Of a DNA stretch of 64,000 nucleotides, positions 10,014-18,347 are shown piece by piece. Within the stretch, counting starts at the first letter, position 1, and each line of letters begins with the position of its first letter. The position numbers and the translations under genes are program-made. Under the pieces are notes generated by a model that did not search any database, was not told where the DNA came from, and saw nothing but the letters and a program-made list of their open reading frames with translations. Origin of the DNA: a virus; IMG/VR virus record IMGVR_UViG_3300021134_000001, positions 2,824 to 66,823 of that record; one strand, written 5' to 3'.

Positions 10014-10496
10014 ATTAACATATTCTATCTTGACGCGGATCCTGTAAAGGCCGCAGAAATGCACTGTGATAAACATGTGTGTAAGATGATCATCGAAACG
10101 GCTCAAATGATGAGCTCGGTCCAAGCTCGTTATGGACTCGAAAATCCTCCATACAAACCAACGCATCAAAAGCATCCATCAACGCTGTGGTCAGGCGATA
10201 ACACGCTTCACTATGCATGGCTAAGAGCATTAGGATTGAGCTTATGCCGTGAGTATACGAAGCGCTATAATAAAACCCATAAGACTGAAGCGATTATTAA
10301 AGATTTATGGTCAGCGCCGCTTGGCATGCCTACAGGAGAGTGGAGCAATCCACCTCAATGTATGCCTGACGAGTGTAAGATGGATGACACCATCGATGCT
10401 TATCGTAAGTATTATGTTATTGCTAAAGCGAAGTTTGCCAAATGGGCACACGCAACTAAGGCACCGCAATGGTGGCCTAAGCTACAAACAATGTAA
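10014..10496 (+). CDS. pyrimidine-dimer DNA glycosylase (DenV-related) family protein
   Basis: NIFYLD.DP..AA..HCDKHV.KM..E.AQ, YKPTH..HP, PPQCMP, AYR.YY; probable ATT start. Confidence 0.75.
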   Translation: MNIFYLDADPVKAAEMHCDKHVCKMIIETAQMMSSVQARYGLENPPYKPTHQKHPSTLWSGDNTLHYAWLRALGLSLCREYTKRYNKTHKTEAIIKDLWSAPLGMPTGEWSNPPQCMPDECKMDDTIDAYRKYYVIAKAKFAKWAHATKAPQWWPKLQTM

Positions 10497-10539
10497 CTGA
10501 TGAGTCCTAATGGACGAAACGCCGTGAGGCGTCTTACAT
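10491..10539 (+). ncRNA. hammerhead ribozyme HH8 (type I), cut after C10533
   Basis: atgtaa CTGATGA gtcc-taat-ggac GAAA cgcc-gtga-ggcg TC ttacat. Confidence 0.96.
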
Positions 10540-10557
10540 AATTATTAAAGGAGGAAT

Positions 10558-12117
10558 ATGGCACGTAATATAAAGAAAGAAATAGGCGAGTTATATACAG
10601 CATTAAACTCCGTTCGCGCTGAAAAGCGATCTTTAGCGGCTCGAATGGATAACGCTCGACGTGCTAGCACTCTTGGGATCGACTTAGGTGACAACGAGTT
10701 TTACTATCGCGTCAGTATGGATTTCCGTGGTCGTTTGTATTATCGCGGCTCACATATGAATCCTCAAATGGGTGATGACATTAAGGTAATGTTAACCTTA
10801 GGCCAGAAGAAGCCGCTCACCGAGATGGGATTTAAATGGTTGTTATGGGGAATCGCTTCAGCTGCAGGCCAGAGTAAGAAGAGTTTCTCTGAGCGTGTCG
10901 AATGGACGCTTGAAAATTGGGCTAATATTCGCGAAGCCGTTCGCAATCCTATTGAATCTCAATGGTTTGCTGACGTCGTAATGGGTGAAGATGAGCCTGC
11001 ACTGTTTCTACAACGCGCTACTGTTGCAGTAGAGGCTGTAGAGTCTGGCGCTCCATTTGATTATCCAACAGATATCACTATTGCAATGGACGCAACATGC
11101 TCAGGTCTTCAGATTCTCTCAGCGGTCGCTCGTGACCTCGAAGGTGGACGCTTAGTCAACCTCGTCGACACTGGCGAGCGCCAAGACGTGTATCTGACGG
11201 TGCTGAATATGGTCAAGCAATCTTATGCAAACGATAACGATGTATTTGCTATCCACATGCGTGAGAATAGCGAAACCTTTGGTCGTCGATTTACAAAGAA
11301 AGTGGTAATGACATTGCCGTATTCTGCGACGTTTAGAAGTGCAGTTGGTTATATTCTAGACGAATTGCAAGGCAATATGGAGAAAAACAATCCTCCATTC
11401 CCATTGCCTGATTCTGTTGAAGATCGCTTAGCACTCTATAACGCCATCTTAGCCCGCAAAGGTAAGGATTTAGTTATAGATTCCACTTTAGCGAAGTTAG
11501 ACGATTTTAGTTTATATCGCATGCTTGCTGATTACCTTGGCCGTCTAGTAATGGACGCCTGTGATAAGTGTTTACCTGCGGCGCTAAATCTCTTACACTT
11601 TTTCCAATCGTGTCCTAAACATTTAGATGGACACGCACATTGGATGACGCCTGATGGATTTAGAGTAGACCAAGTTTATGGCTCTCGCGAACGTGAAAAG
11701 ATTCAATTTCGTTTACAAATGGCAGACCAAGAGACTGGCGAACTAATCAGTCAAAAGATTCAGCGTCGCTATGAATGGCTAGACCCAAACGAAAAGGATG
11801 GACGTAAAGCAGCTAACGGAATGCCACCTAATTGGGTGCACTCATTAGACGCAACGCTAGTGCGAATGGTAGTAAGAACATGCGATTTTCCAATCGTCTG
11901 TATTCACGATTCATTTGCATCACATCCGGCAGATTGTGAAGACTTATCTAAAGCGTTGCGTGAACAGTTTACACTTCTTGTTCAGCAAATGCCATTAGAG
12001 ACTTTAATTACACAATTGAACGAGCAAGTTGGCGATGAGATTTTCTCAACAACCAATTTGACTGTAAACACTTGGGATCCAGAGCAAGCGAAAACTTCAC
12101 CCTTTCTATTTTGTTAG
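10558..12117 (+). CDS. T7-family RNA polymerase, catalytic (C-terminal) subunit
   Basis: DFRGRLY, motif A DATCSGLQ, motif B R...K..VMT..Y, PNWVHSLDA, motif C IHDSF, F-rich C-terminus. Confidence 0.93.
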   Translation: MARNIKKEIGELYTALNSVRAEKRSLAARMDNARRASTLGIDLGDNEFYYRVSMDFRGRLYYRGSHMNPQMGDDIKVMLTLGQKKPLTEMGFKWLLWGIASAAGQSKKSFSERVEWTLENWANIREAVRNPIESQWFADVVMGEDEPALFLQRATVAVEAVESGAPFDYPTDITIAMDATCSGLQILSAVARDLEGGRLVNLVDTGERQDVYLTVLNMVKQSYANDNDVFAIHMRENSETFGRRFTKKVVMTLPYSATFRSAVGYILDELQGNMEKNNPPFPLPDSVEDRLALYNAILARKGKDLVIDSTLAKLDDFSLYRMLADYLGRLVMDACDKCLPAALNLLHFFQSCPKHLDGHAHWMTPDGFRVDQVYGSREREKIQFRLQMADQETGELISQKIQRRYEWLDPNEKDGRKAANGMPPNWVHSLDATLVRMVVRTCDFPIVCIHDSFASHPADCEDLSKALREQFTLLVQQMPLETLITQLNEQVGDEIFSTTNLTVNTWDPEQAKTSPFLFC

Positions 12118-12123
12118 GAATAT

Positions 12124-13029
12124 ATGAGTATAAAACAAGAACAAATCCAAAGAGAGTTAGAAGCGATTCGTTTAGTAAAACAGAGTAGACTTGAAAAGAC
12201 TGAACTTATGAACAGTCTTCAAGAGACCTTCTCTGAAGAAATTCAAACGCTAAGCGAATCTCTTACAAAGTGGTACGCAACGATGCAAGATCCTAAAGAT
12301 GATAATGCGTTACTTTATCAAAAATTAGTGTTTAGCATTGAAACGCCAGTTATGGCTGAACTTATCATTCGCGCTATCTTTGAAGGACTTATGATAACAA
12401 CGCATCAATCCGTGAATTATCAGTTTATCGTAGATCGCCTGCTTATTCAAAGGTATTTACGTAGCACGCTTCCTCCTGAAGAACGTGTTATCTTACCTAA
12501 GTATAAGTTCTTAGTGATCGATAGATTGGTTACACGATCAGTGCGATTACTAACAACGCTATTCTCCGAATCAATGGTTCGTGAGCGTAACGCTAAAGGT
12601 GAGGTTGAGACGTTTTACACCGTCCACCTTACTGAGTTAGGTCGTGAGCGATTAGCAAAGGTTCCACTAAATCAAGTAATCTCTGACGTTCCAATGTATT
12701 GTAAACCGCAGCCATGGACTTCAGTGTTTGATGGTGGATATCTAACAGCGGACGCGCAACGAGGAAATCCTTTGATTCAATCGAAGCGTCTTTCTTATCG
12801 CGAACTGCGTGCAATCGATAAAGAATTGCAAGCAAATCCACAGATCTTTGAGGCAGTAAATAAGATGCAAAATGTATCTTTTAGAATAGACCAAAAATCC
12901 AAAGATTATCAGAACACTATTGCGCAAGTGCGAAAACGTAAGATTAAGGAATGTGATCGCAAGATTACAGCCTACGTCGAGCAGATCGCGAAGCTCAAGA
13001 GTGACCTGGCGCAAGTGGATCCTATATAG
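12124..13029 (+). CDS. T7-family RNA polymerase, N-terminal-domain subunit
   Basis: PMYCKPQPWTSVFDGGYL and IFEAVNKMQNVSFRID resemble T7 RNAP PCVVPPKPWTGITGGGY and VYKAINIAQNTAWKIN. Confidence 0.82.
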   Translation: MSIKQEQIQRELEAIRLVKQSRLEKTELMNSLQETFSEEIQTLSESLTKWYATMQDPKDDNALLYQKLVFSIETPVMAELIIRAIFEGLMITTHQSVNYQFIVDRLLIQRYLRSTLPPEERVILPKYKFLVIDRLVTRSVRLLTTLFSESMVRERNAKGEVETFYTVHLTELGRERLAKVPLNQVISDVPMYCKPQPWTSVFDGGYLTADAQRGNPLIQSKRLSYRELRAIDKELQANPQIFEAVNKMQNVSFRIDQKSKDYQNTIAQVRKRKIKECDRKITAYVEQIAKLKSDLAQVDPI

Positions 13030-13033
13030 AGAG
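13009..13033 (+). promoter_or_regulatory. putative phage RNAP promoter, copy 1
   Basis: GCGCAAGTGGATCCTATATAGAGAG, exact repeat at 25167; TATA then purine-rich start like T7/SP6 promoters; upstream of replication genes. Confidence 0.75.
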
Positions 13034-13073
13034 CTCCCGTAGCACTCTTTTTTCAATAACATGGAGAGCCTAG

Positions 13074-13607
13074 ATGGCAAAACTAAAAACCACAGTAACA
13101 CCAAAAGGTGTATTGTCATGGCCTTACATTGGTAAGCCAGATACACGATACAATCCTGAAGGTGTGTATAAGACCAGCTTGATTGTACCAGCCGAGACCG
13201 CTGAACCGCTGATGACTATGTGTAAAGACGCTTTTATTACCGAGTACGGCGCAACAAAGATGGCTAAGGCAAATATGCCTTTCTCACCTGAGTTGGACGA
13301 TCAAGGCCAAGAAACTGGCAATATCGTATTTAAATTTAAGTCAAAGCGTGCACCTAAGTTATACGATGCCAAAGGCAAAGTAATTAACAAAGTGCTACAA
13401 GTATCGTCTGGCACGGTTGCGAAAGTTGCTACTGCAATTAATCCATACATGACTGGTATCAACGTGGGTGTTTCACTATATCTCAATGACGTTCAGATTA
13501 TCGAATTAGTTGAATATGGTGCAGGCGCTAAGTTTGAAGCTGAAGATGGATACGAAGCAGAAGACAACGGATCGACAGACGATGGCAAAGACTCGCCTGA
13601 CTTCTAA
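13074..13607 (+). CDS. single-stranded DNA-binding protein (T7 gp2.5-like)
   Basis: TPKG, KPD, GVSLYLNDVQIIELVE, acidic tail ending in F. Confidence 0.9.
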   Translation: MAKLKTTVTPKGVLSWPYIGKPDTRYNPEGVYKTSLIVPAETAEPLMTMCKDAFITEYGATKMAKANMPFSPELDDQGQETGNIVFKFKSKRAPKLYDAKGKVINKVLQVSSGTVAKVATAINPYMTGINVGVSLYLNDVQIIELVEYGAGAKFEAEDGYEAEDNGSTDDGKDSPDF

Positions 13608-13986
13608 ACAACTTGCTATTAAATACGCATATCGTAGTGGATTAGAAGAGAAGATTGCCGATCAGCTGACGAACTTAAACGTCTCCTTTACTTTCGAAGA
13701 AACTGTATTGTATTATACTAAGCCAGAGCGTAAGCATCGCTATACGCCTGACTTTGTGTTATCCAATGGCATTATCATCGAAACTAAAGGTCGTTTCTTA
13801 ACGGCTGATCGACAGAAACATCTCCTTGTCAAAGAACAGAATCCCACTATGGATATTCGTTTCGTGTTCTCAAACTCGAACGCTCGTATCTCTAAATCAT
13901 CTGCTACAACGTATGCAGATTGGTGTAGAAAACACGGCTTTCAGTTTGCGGATAAACTAATACCTGTTGAATGGATAAAGGAATAA
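13582..13986 (+). CDS. endonuclease I / Holliday junction resolvase (T7 gp3-like)
   Basis: YRSGLE, YTPDF, IIETKG, DIRFVFSNS. Confidence 0.95.
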   Translation: MAKTRLTSKQLAIKYAYRSGLEEKIADQLTNLNVSFTFEETVLYYTKPERKHRYTPDFVLSNGIIIETKGRFLTADRQKHLLVKEQNPTMDIRFVFSNSNARISKSSATTYADWCRKHGFQFADKLIPVEWIKE

Positions 13987-13989
13987 GTA

Positions 13990-15609
13990 ATGGAAGCGGA
14001 AGATAGTAAATTTCTACGACACGAACAATGCGAATCTTGCGGTTCGTCGGATGCAAAGGCTATTTATAGTAATGGCTCTACCTTCTGTTTTTCATGTCAA
14101 GTATCTACGCGTAAAACGTCAGATAACAAAGTGCAAACTATGAACGCCACGACTCCACTTTTGAATCCGTATTTCGATGGACAAGTGGAACCATTGGCCG
14201 CTAGAGGTATTGCTGAAGCGACGTGTCAGAAGTATGGCGTTCGCAAAGGCCAACTCAACGGCAAAGTGGTCCATCTCTATCCTTACTACAAGGATGGACA
14301 AGTTGTCGCAGCAAAGACGCGCGATGCCGCCAAGAATTTCAATATTATTGGTGATGGCAAAGATTTGTCGTTCTTTGGTCAAAATCTATTTGGTAAGCCA
14401 AGCGATAAGATTTCGCTTGTGGTTACTGAAGGTGAAATTGACGCGTTATCAATGGCTCAGATTATGGGATTAAAATTCCCAGTCGTATCTGTGCCAAGCG
14501 GCGCTCAATCTGCCGTTAAAGCCTTTCGCAATAACATTGAATGGCTTGATGGTTGGAAAGACGTCGTTATCATGTTTGACAGCGATGCGCCAGGTCGAGA
14601 CGCTGCTCAGAAGTGTGCAGAAGTCCTTAGACCAGGCAAAGCACGTATTGCATCATTGCCGTTGAAAGACGCTAATGATATGTTGATGGCTAAGCGTTCT
14701 GAAGAATTGATGAAATGCTTCTGGGATGCAAAGTCATTTAGACCTGACGGTATTATTGCAGGTGTAGATTTGTGGGAGTTGATTTCTCATGAAGATGAAA
14801 CGCTTTCAGTTGAGTATCCATTCGTGGCGCTCAATGAAAAGACGCATGGTTGTCGACGCGGTGAGTTGGTTACAGTTACGGCTGGATCAGGCATCGGTAA
14901 ATCGGCGTTTATGCGTGAAATTGCCCATCACTTACTAAACCTCGGTGAAACAGTTGGCATGGTGATGTTGGAAGAAAATCCACGTCGAACAGCGTTAGGC
15001 CTTATGGGCTTAGCGATTGATAAACCATTACATCTGTCACGTGAAGGCGTAAGTCAAGAGCAATTACGTACAGCATTTGACCAAACACTTGGTACTGGTA
15101 GAGTATTCTTATTCGATCACTTCGGTTCTTCTGAAGTTGAGCATTTAATGAATAAACTCCGTTACATGGTAAAAGGTTTAGGCTGTAATTGGGTTATTCT
15201 TGATCACCTATCCATTCTAGTATCTGGATTGGAAGGCGTAGATGAGCGAAGACTTATCGACCAAGCAATGACAATGTTGCGTACATTCGTAGAAGAAACC
15301 GGTTGTGGTATGTTATTAGTGTCGCATTTAAAACGACCTGATGGCAAAGGCCATGAAGAAGGTGCCCATACGTCTCTATCGCAACTTCGTGGTAGCCATG
15401 CTATCGCTCAACTTTCTGATATTGTTATCGGATTGGAGCGTAATCAGCAAGGTGATAATCCTAATGAAACTCAAATACGCGTTCTAAAGAATCGATTTAG
15501 TGGTGAAACTGGCGAAGCCGGTAAGCTCTACTTTAATCGTGACACTGGACGTTTAACTGAGACATTTATACAAGTAACTTCTAATAACAACTCTTTTGGA
15601 GAATTTTAA
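13990..15609 (+). CDS. primase-helicase (T7 gp4-like)
   Basis: Zn ribbon CxxC...CxxC, TOPRIM EGEID and FDSD, Walker A AGSGIGKS, LRGS, KNRF. Confidence 0.96.
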   Translation: MEAEDSKFLRHEQCESCGSSDAKAIYSNGSTFCFSCQVSTRKTSDNKVQTMNATTPLLNPYFDGQVEPLAARGIAEATCQKYGVRKGQLNGKVVHLYPYYKDGQVVAAKTRDAAKNFNIIGDGKDLSFFGQNLFGKPSDKISLVVTEGEIDALSMAQIMGLKFPVVSVPSGAQSAVKAFRNNIEWLDGWKDVVIMFDSDAPGRDAAQKCAEVLRPGKARIASLPLKDANDMLMAKRSEELMKCFWDAKSFRPDGIIAGVDLWELISHEDETLSVEYPFVALNEKTHGCRRGELVTVTAGSGIGKSAFMREIAHHLLNLGETVGMVMLEENPRRTALGLMGLAIDKPLHLSREGVSQEQLRTAFDQTLGTGRVFLFDHFGSSEVEHLMNKLRYMVKGLGCNWVILDHLSILVSGLEGVDERRLIDQAMTMLRTFVEETGCGMLLVSHLKRPDGKGHEEGAHTSLSQLRGSHAIAQLSDIVIGLERNQQGDNPNETQIRVLKNRFSGETGEAGKLYFNRDTGRLTETFIQVTSNNNSFGEF

Positions 15610-15610
15610 G

Positions 15611-15856
15611 ATGAGCACAAACAGCTACTTCGTAATCCGCGCAATCAAAGAAAAAGGCGTAGCAACGTCTGCATTTATTGCAAAGAAGTATAAAGTTAAA
15701 AACGTATCAGCCACTGTATCTGCCTTGCGCAAACGTGGTCATGAGATTGTAACACTTGCCGAAGGTTATGCATTGCCTTTCGGTACGCGCGATGAAGCAG
15801 CCAAACTAAGTAAGACTGCGCGCAACAAGATTGCTAAGCAATTTGGCTTAGTATAA
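15611..15856 (+). CDS. small winged-HTH-like DNA-binding protein
   Basis: IA..Y...NVSATVSALRKRGH pattern. Confidence 0.55.
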   Translation: MSTNSYFVIRAIKEKGVATSAFIAKKYKVKNVSATVSALRKRGHEIVTLAEGYALPFGTRDEAAKLSKTARNKIAKQFGLV

Positions 15857-15924
15857 AGTATCATAAATGAATCACTAAGCTACATAATGTATCATATACG
15901 ATACAATTTGGCTTAGTATAAAGT
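15839..15924. repeat. 21-bp direct repeat CAATTTGGCTTAGTATAAAGT (15839-15859, 15904-15924)
   Basis: exact repeat in AT-rich DNA. Confidence 0.85.
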
Positions 15925-15974
15925 GTAGTTACTTCTTATAAACATTTCTTTGTATCTAACTAGGAGTATTAAAC

Positions 15975-16136
15975 ATGAATGCTTTTATCGTTACTGCGGT
16001 AGTAAGTCTTTTCTCAATTAACGCAATGGCTTTAGAGCCTGCGATCGTTAAAGCTGATAAAAAGAAAGAAGTCAAGGCTGTAAAGCAAGCGACACCTGCT
16101 AATGCTGCACCTGCTGCGCCTGCTGCAAAGAAATAA
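15975..16136 (+). CDS. small secreted Ala/Lys/Pro-rich protein
   Basis: AGGAG RBS, signal peptide ending AMA, 53 aa; not in ORF track. Confidence 0.7.
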   Translation: MNAFIVTAVVSLFSINAMALEPAIVKADKKKEVKAVKQATPANAAPAAPAAKK

Positions 16137-16139
16137 TCA

Positions 16140-16199
16140 GTCTGACTGATGAGCCTTAAATAGGCGAAACCGCCACTCGTGAGAGTCGCGGTCTCAGAC
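16140..16199 (+). ncRNA. hammerhead ribozyme HH9 (type I), cut after C16193
   Basis: gtctga CTGATGA gcct-taaat-aggc GAAA ccgc-c-actc-gtga-gagt-c-gcgg TC tcagac. Confidence 0.95.
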
Positions 16200-16268
16200 A
16201 ATCTCAACTATCACATAAGTGATTGATTTGATTACATATTTTCACCCTACAAAGACAGATAGGAACGA

Positions 16269-18068
16269 ATGAAATTATTATTCGATATAGAAAGTAACGG
16301 ACTGTTGGACACCGTATCAAAGGTCCATTGTATCGTGATACAGAATGTTGAAACAGATGAAGTATTTTCATTTGTTGGACATGACGAAATTATCGCAAAA
16401 GCTATTCCAATGTTAAATGAAGCTGAAGAGCTGTCAGGCCATAATATTATTGGCTATGATATTCCAGCACTTCGGAAGATTTTTCCTGGAAAGTTAAAAG
16501 AAAATATAAATGCATTTGACACTCTCCTTGCGGTAAAGCTCAGTAATCCTGATATTTATCAAATGGACGTGGCTAAGCGTTATCCTAAGCTCTCTCAAAA
16601 GAATTATGGCAGCTACTCACTTGAATCTTGGGGCGAACGCCTTGGAAATCATAAAGCGAGTAAGCCTGTAGATTTTGAAGAGTTTACGGAAGACATGCTA
16701 AAGTATTGTATTCAAGACGTTTCAACAAACGTTACGATTTACAAATACCTCAAAGGTTTAAACCTTAGTGAGCGCGCTTTACAACTTGAAACTGACTTTT
16801 GGTTTAACACCATCGATATGTCAGATTCAGGTTTTCCATTCGATCTCAAAGCGGCACAAGCGATGTATGCAAGGTTGTCAGCAGAGCGTGAAGAAATTCG
16901 TCAAGAATTGATTACACTCTTCCCAACTCGCACCATTGAACGTGTCTCTGAAAAGACTGGTAAACCATTAAAGCCAACTGTGATTGAATTTAATCCAGGC
17001 TCGCGCGATCATATCGCTTATTGGTTTAAAAAGAAATATGATTGGACACCAAAAGCATTTACACCATCAGGCAAACCTGAAATTAACGCGGATGTTCTAG
17101 AAGAATTAGACTATCCTGAAGCAAAAGAACTTAAACGATATTTCGTAATCGATAAGATTATTGGAATGGTCGGTGAAGGCAAAAACGCTTGGTTGACTAT
17201 GGTCGGTAAAGATGGACGTATGCACGGTCGTATCAATACGATTGGTGCTGCAACTACTCGCTGCTCGCACTCAACGCCAAACATGGCTCAAGTGCCAGGC
17301 GCTCGTAAAGAATTTGGGCTTGAATGTCGTGCACTGTTTCATGCTCCAAAGGGCTACAAACAGATTGGCACTGACTTAAACGCTATCGAATTACGATGCT
17401 TTGCACATTACCTAGGTGCATATGACAATGGTGAATATACTAACATTATCTTAGGTGGTGACATTCACTGGGCCAACGCTGTAGCGGCAGGATTCCATCC
17501 TCCATTACCTGAAGGTCAAGTATACGATTCATCTGTAAAAGCACAGAAGCTCGCTCGTGACCAAGCAAAGACTCTTATCTACGCTATGATTTATGGCGCA
17601 GGTGACGCTAAGCTCGGCATGATTGTTGGTGGTGCTACAAAAGAAGGTAAAGCAATTCGTAAGAAGTTTTACGAGAACTTTCCTGCGATTGAAAAATTCA
17701 CTAACGATGTCAAGAAAGCGGCTGAAGGTCGTGGCAATATTAAACTATTACATGGCGCAACCATCCCTGTTCGTAAAGCATTTGCTGCACTAAACACTCT
17801 TTTACAAGGTGCTGGTGCCGTAGTCGCTAAAGAATGGCTAAACGTTGCTCGTGAAATGGCTGAAGCCAAAGGTTGGAAGTATAATGATGACTTTTGGTTT
17901 GCTGGACATATCCATGACGAAATCCAAGCGATCGCAAAAGATGACATCGCAAAAGACTTTGCGTATTTGATGGAAGCCTCTGCTCAAGAAGCAGGTGCAA
18001 GATTAGGTATGCGCTGCCGCGTCGATGCTGAAGCTAAAGTTGGACAGAATTGGGCAGATTGCCATTAA
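16269..18068 (+). CDS. DNA polymerase family A (T7 gp5-like)
   Basis: FDIE exonuclease motif, HNIIGYD, DLNAIELR, RDQAKTLIY (Tyr as in T7), IHDE. Confidence 0.96.
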   Translation: MKLLFDIESNGLLDTVSKVHCIVIQNVETDEVFSFVGHDEIIAKAIPMLNEAEELSGHNIIGYDIPALRKIFPGKLKENINAFDTLLAVKLSNPDIYQMDVAKRYPKLSQKNYGSYSLESWGERLGNHKASKPVDFEEFTEDMLKYCIQDVSTNVTIYKYLKGLNLSERALQLETDFWFNTIDMSDSGFPFDLKAAQAMYARLSAEREEIRQELITLFPTRTIERVSEKTGKPLKPTVIEFNPGSRDHIAYWFKKKYDWTPKAFTPSGKPEINADVLEELDYPEAKELKRYFVIDKIIGMVGEGKNAWLTMVGKDGRMHGRINTIGAATTRCSHSTPNMAQVPGARKEFGLECRALFHAPKGYKQIGTDLNAIELRCFAHYLGAYDNGEYTNIILGGDIHWANAVAAGFHPPLPEGQVYDSSVKAQKLARDQAKTLIYAMIYGAGDAKLGMIVGGATKEGKAIRKKFYENFPAIEKFTNDVKKAAEGRGNIKLLHGATIPVRKAFAALNTLLQGAGAVVAKEWLNVAREMAEAKGWKYNDDFWFAGHIHDEIQAIAKDDIAKDFAYLMEASAQEAGARLGMRCRVDAEAKVGQNWADCH

Positions 18069-18080
18069 TAGGAGAATTAC

Positions 18081-18347
18081 ATGGAAATTAAACACATTCA
18101 CATTATGCCGTTTATTGAGAATGGTGAGTTAGTTGTAGATTTATCTGTTGATGGTCAAGAAGTTGCGCCTGTCGCTCAGAAACTTGAAATGGTATTTGAA
18201 GAGTATCTTGATTACCGTCGAAACAAGAATGACAGTGGCTTAGACCCACAATATCGCGAAGAAACGGTCAATTTGATCGCAACTCTTCGTTACATCGCTC
18301 AGCAACTTGAAACAGAAACTGACGGTATGAGAAGGGATTTACATTGA
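18081..18347 (+). CDS. hypothetical protein
   Basis: 88-aa ORF, AGGAG RBS. Confidence 0.65.
   Translation: MEIKHIHIMPFIENGELVVDLSVDGQEVAPVAQKLEMVFEEYLDYRRNKNDSGLDPQYREETVNLIATLRYIAQQLETETDGMRRDLH

Noticed and set aside
10558-13029. RNAP split as a sequencing frameshift, intron or pseudogene
   Set aside because: The halves are in reversed order, each has its own RBS and start, and all catalytic motifs are intact.
464-16199. Recurring CTGATGAG...CGAAAC motif as CRISPR repeats, attC sites or promoters
   Set aside because: Spacing is irregular, and flanks vary in sequence while keeping base-pairing around an invariant hammerhead core.
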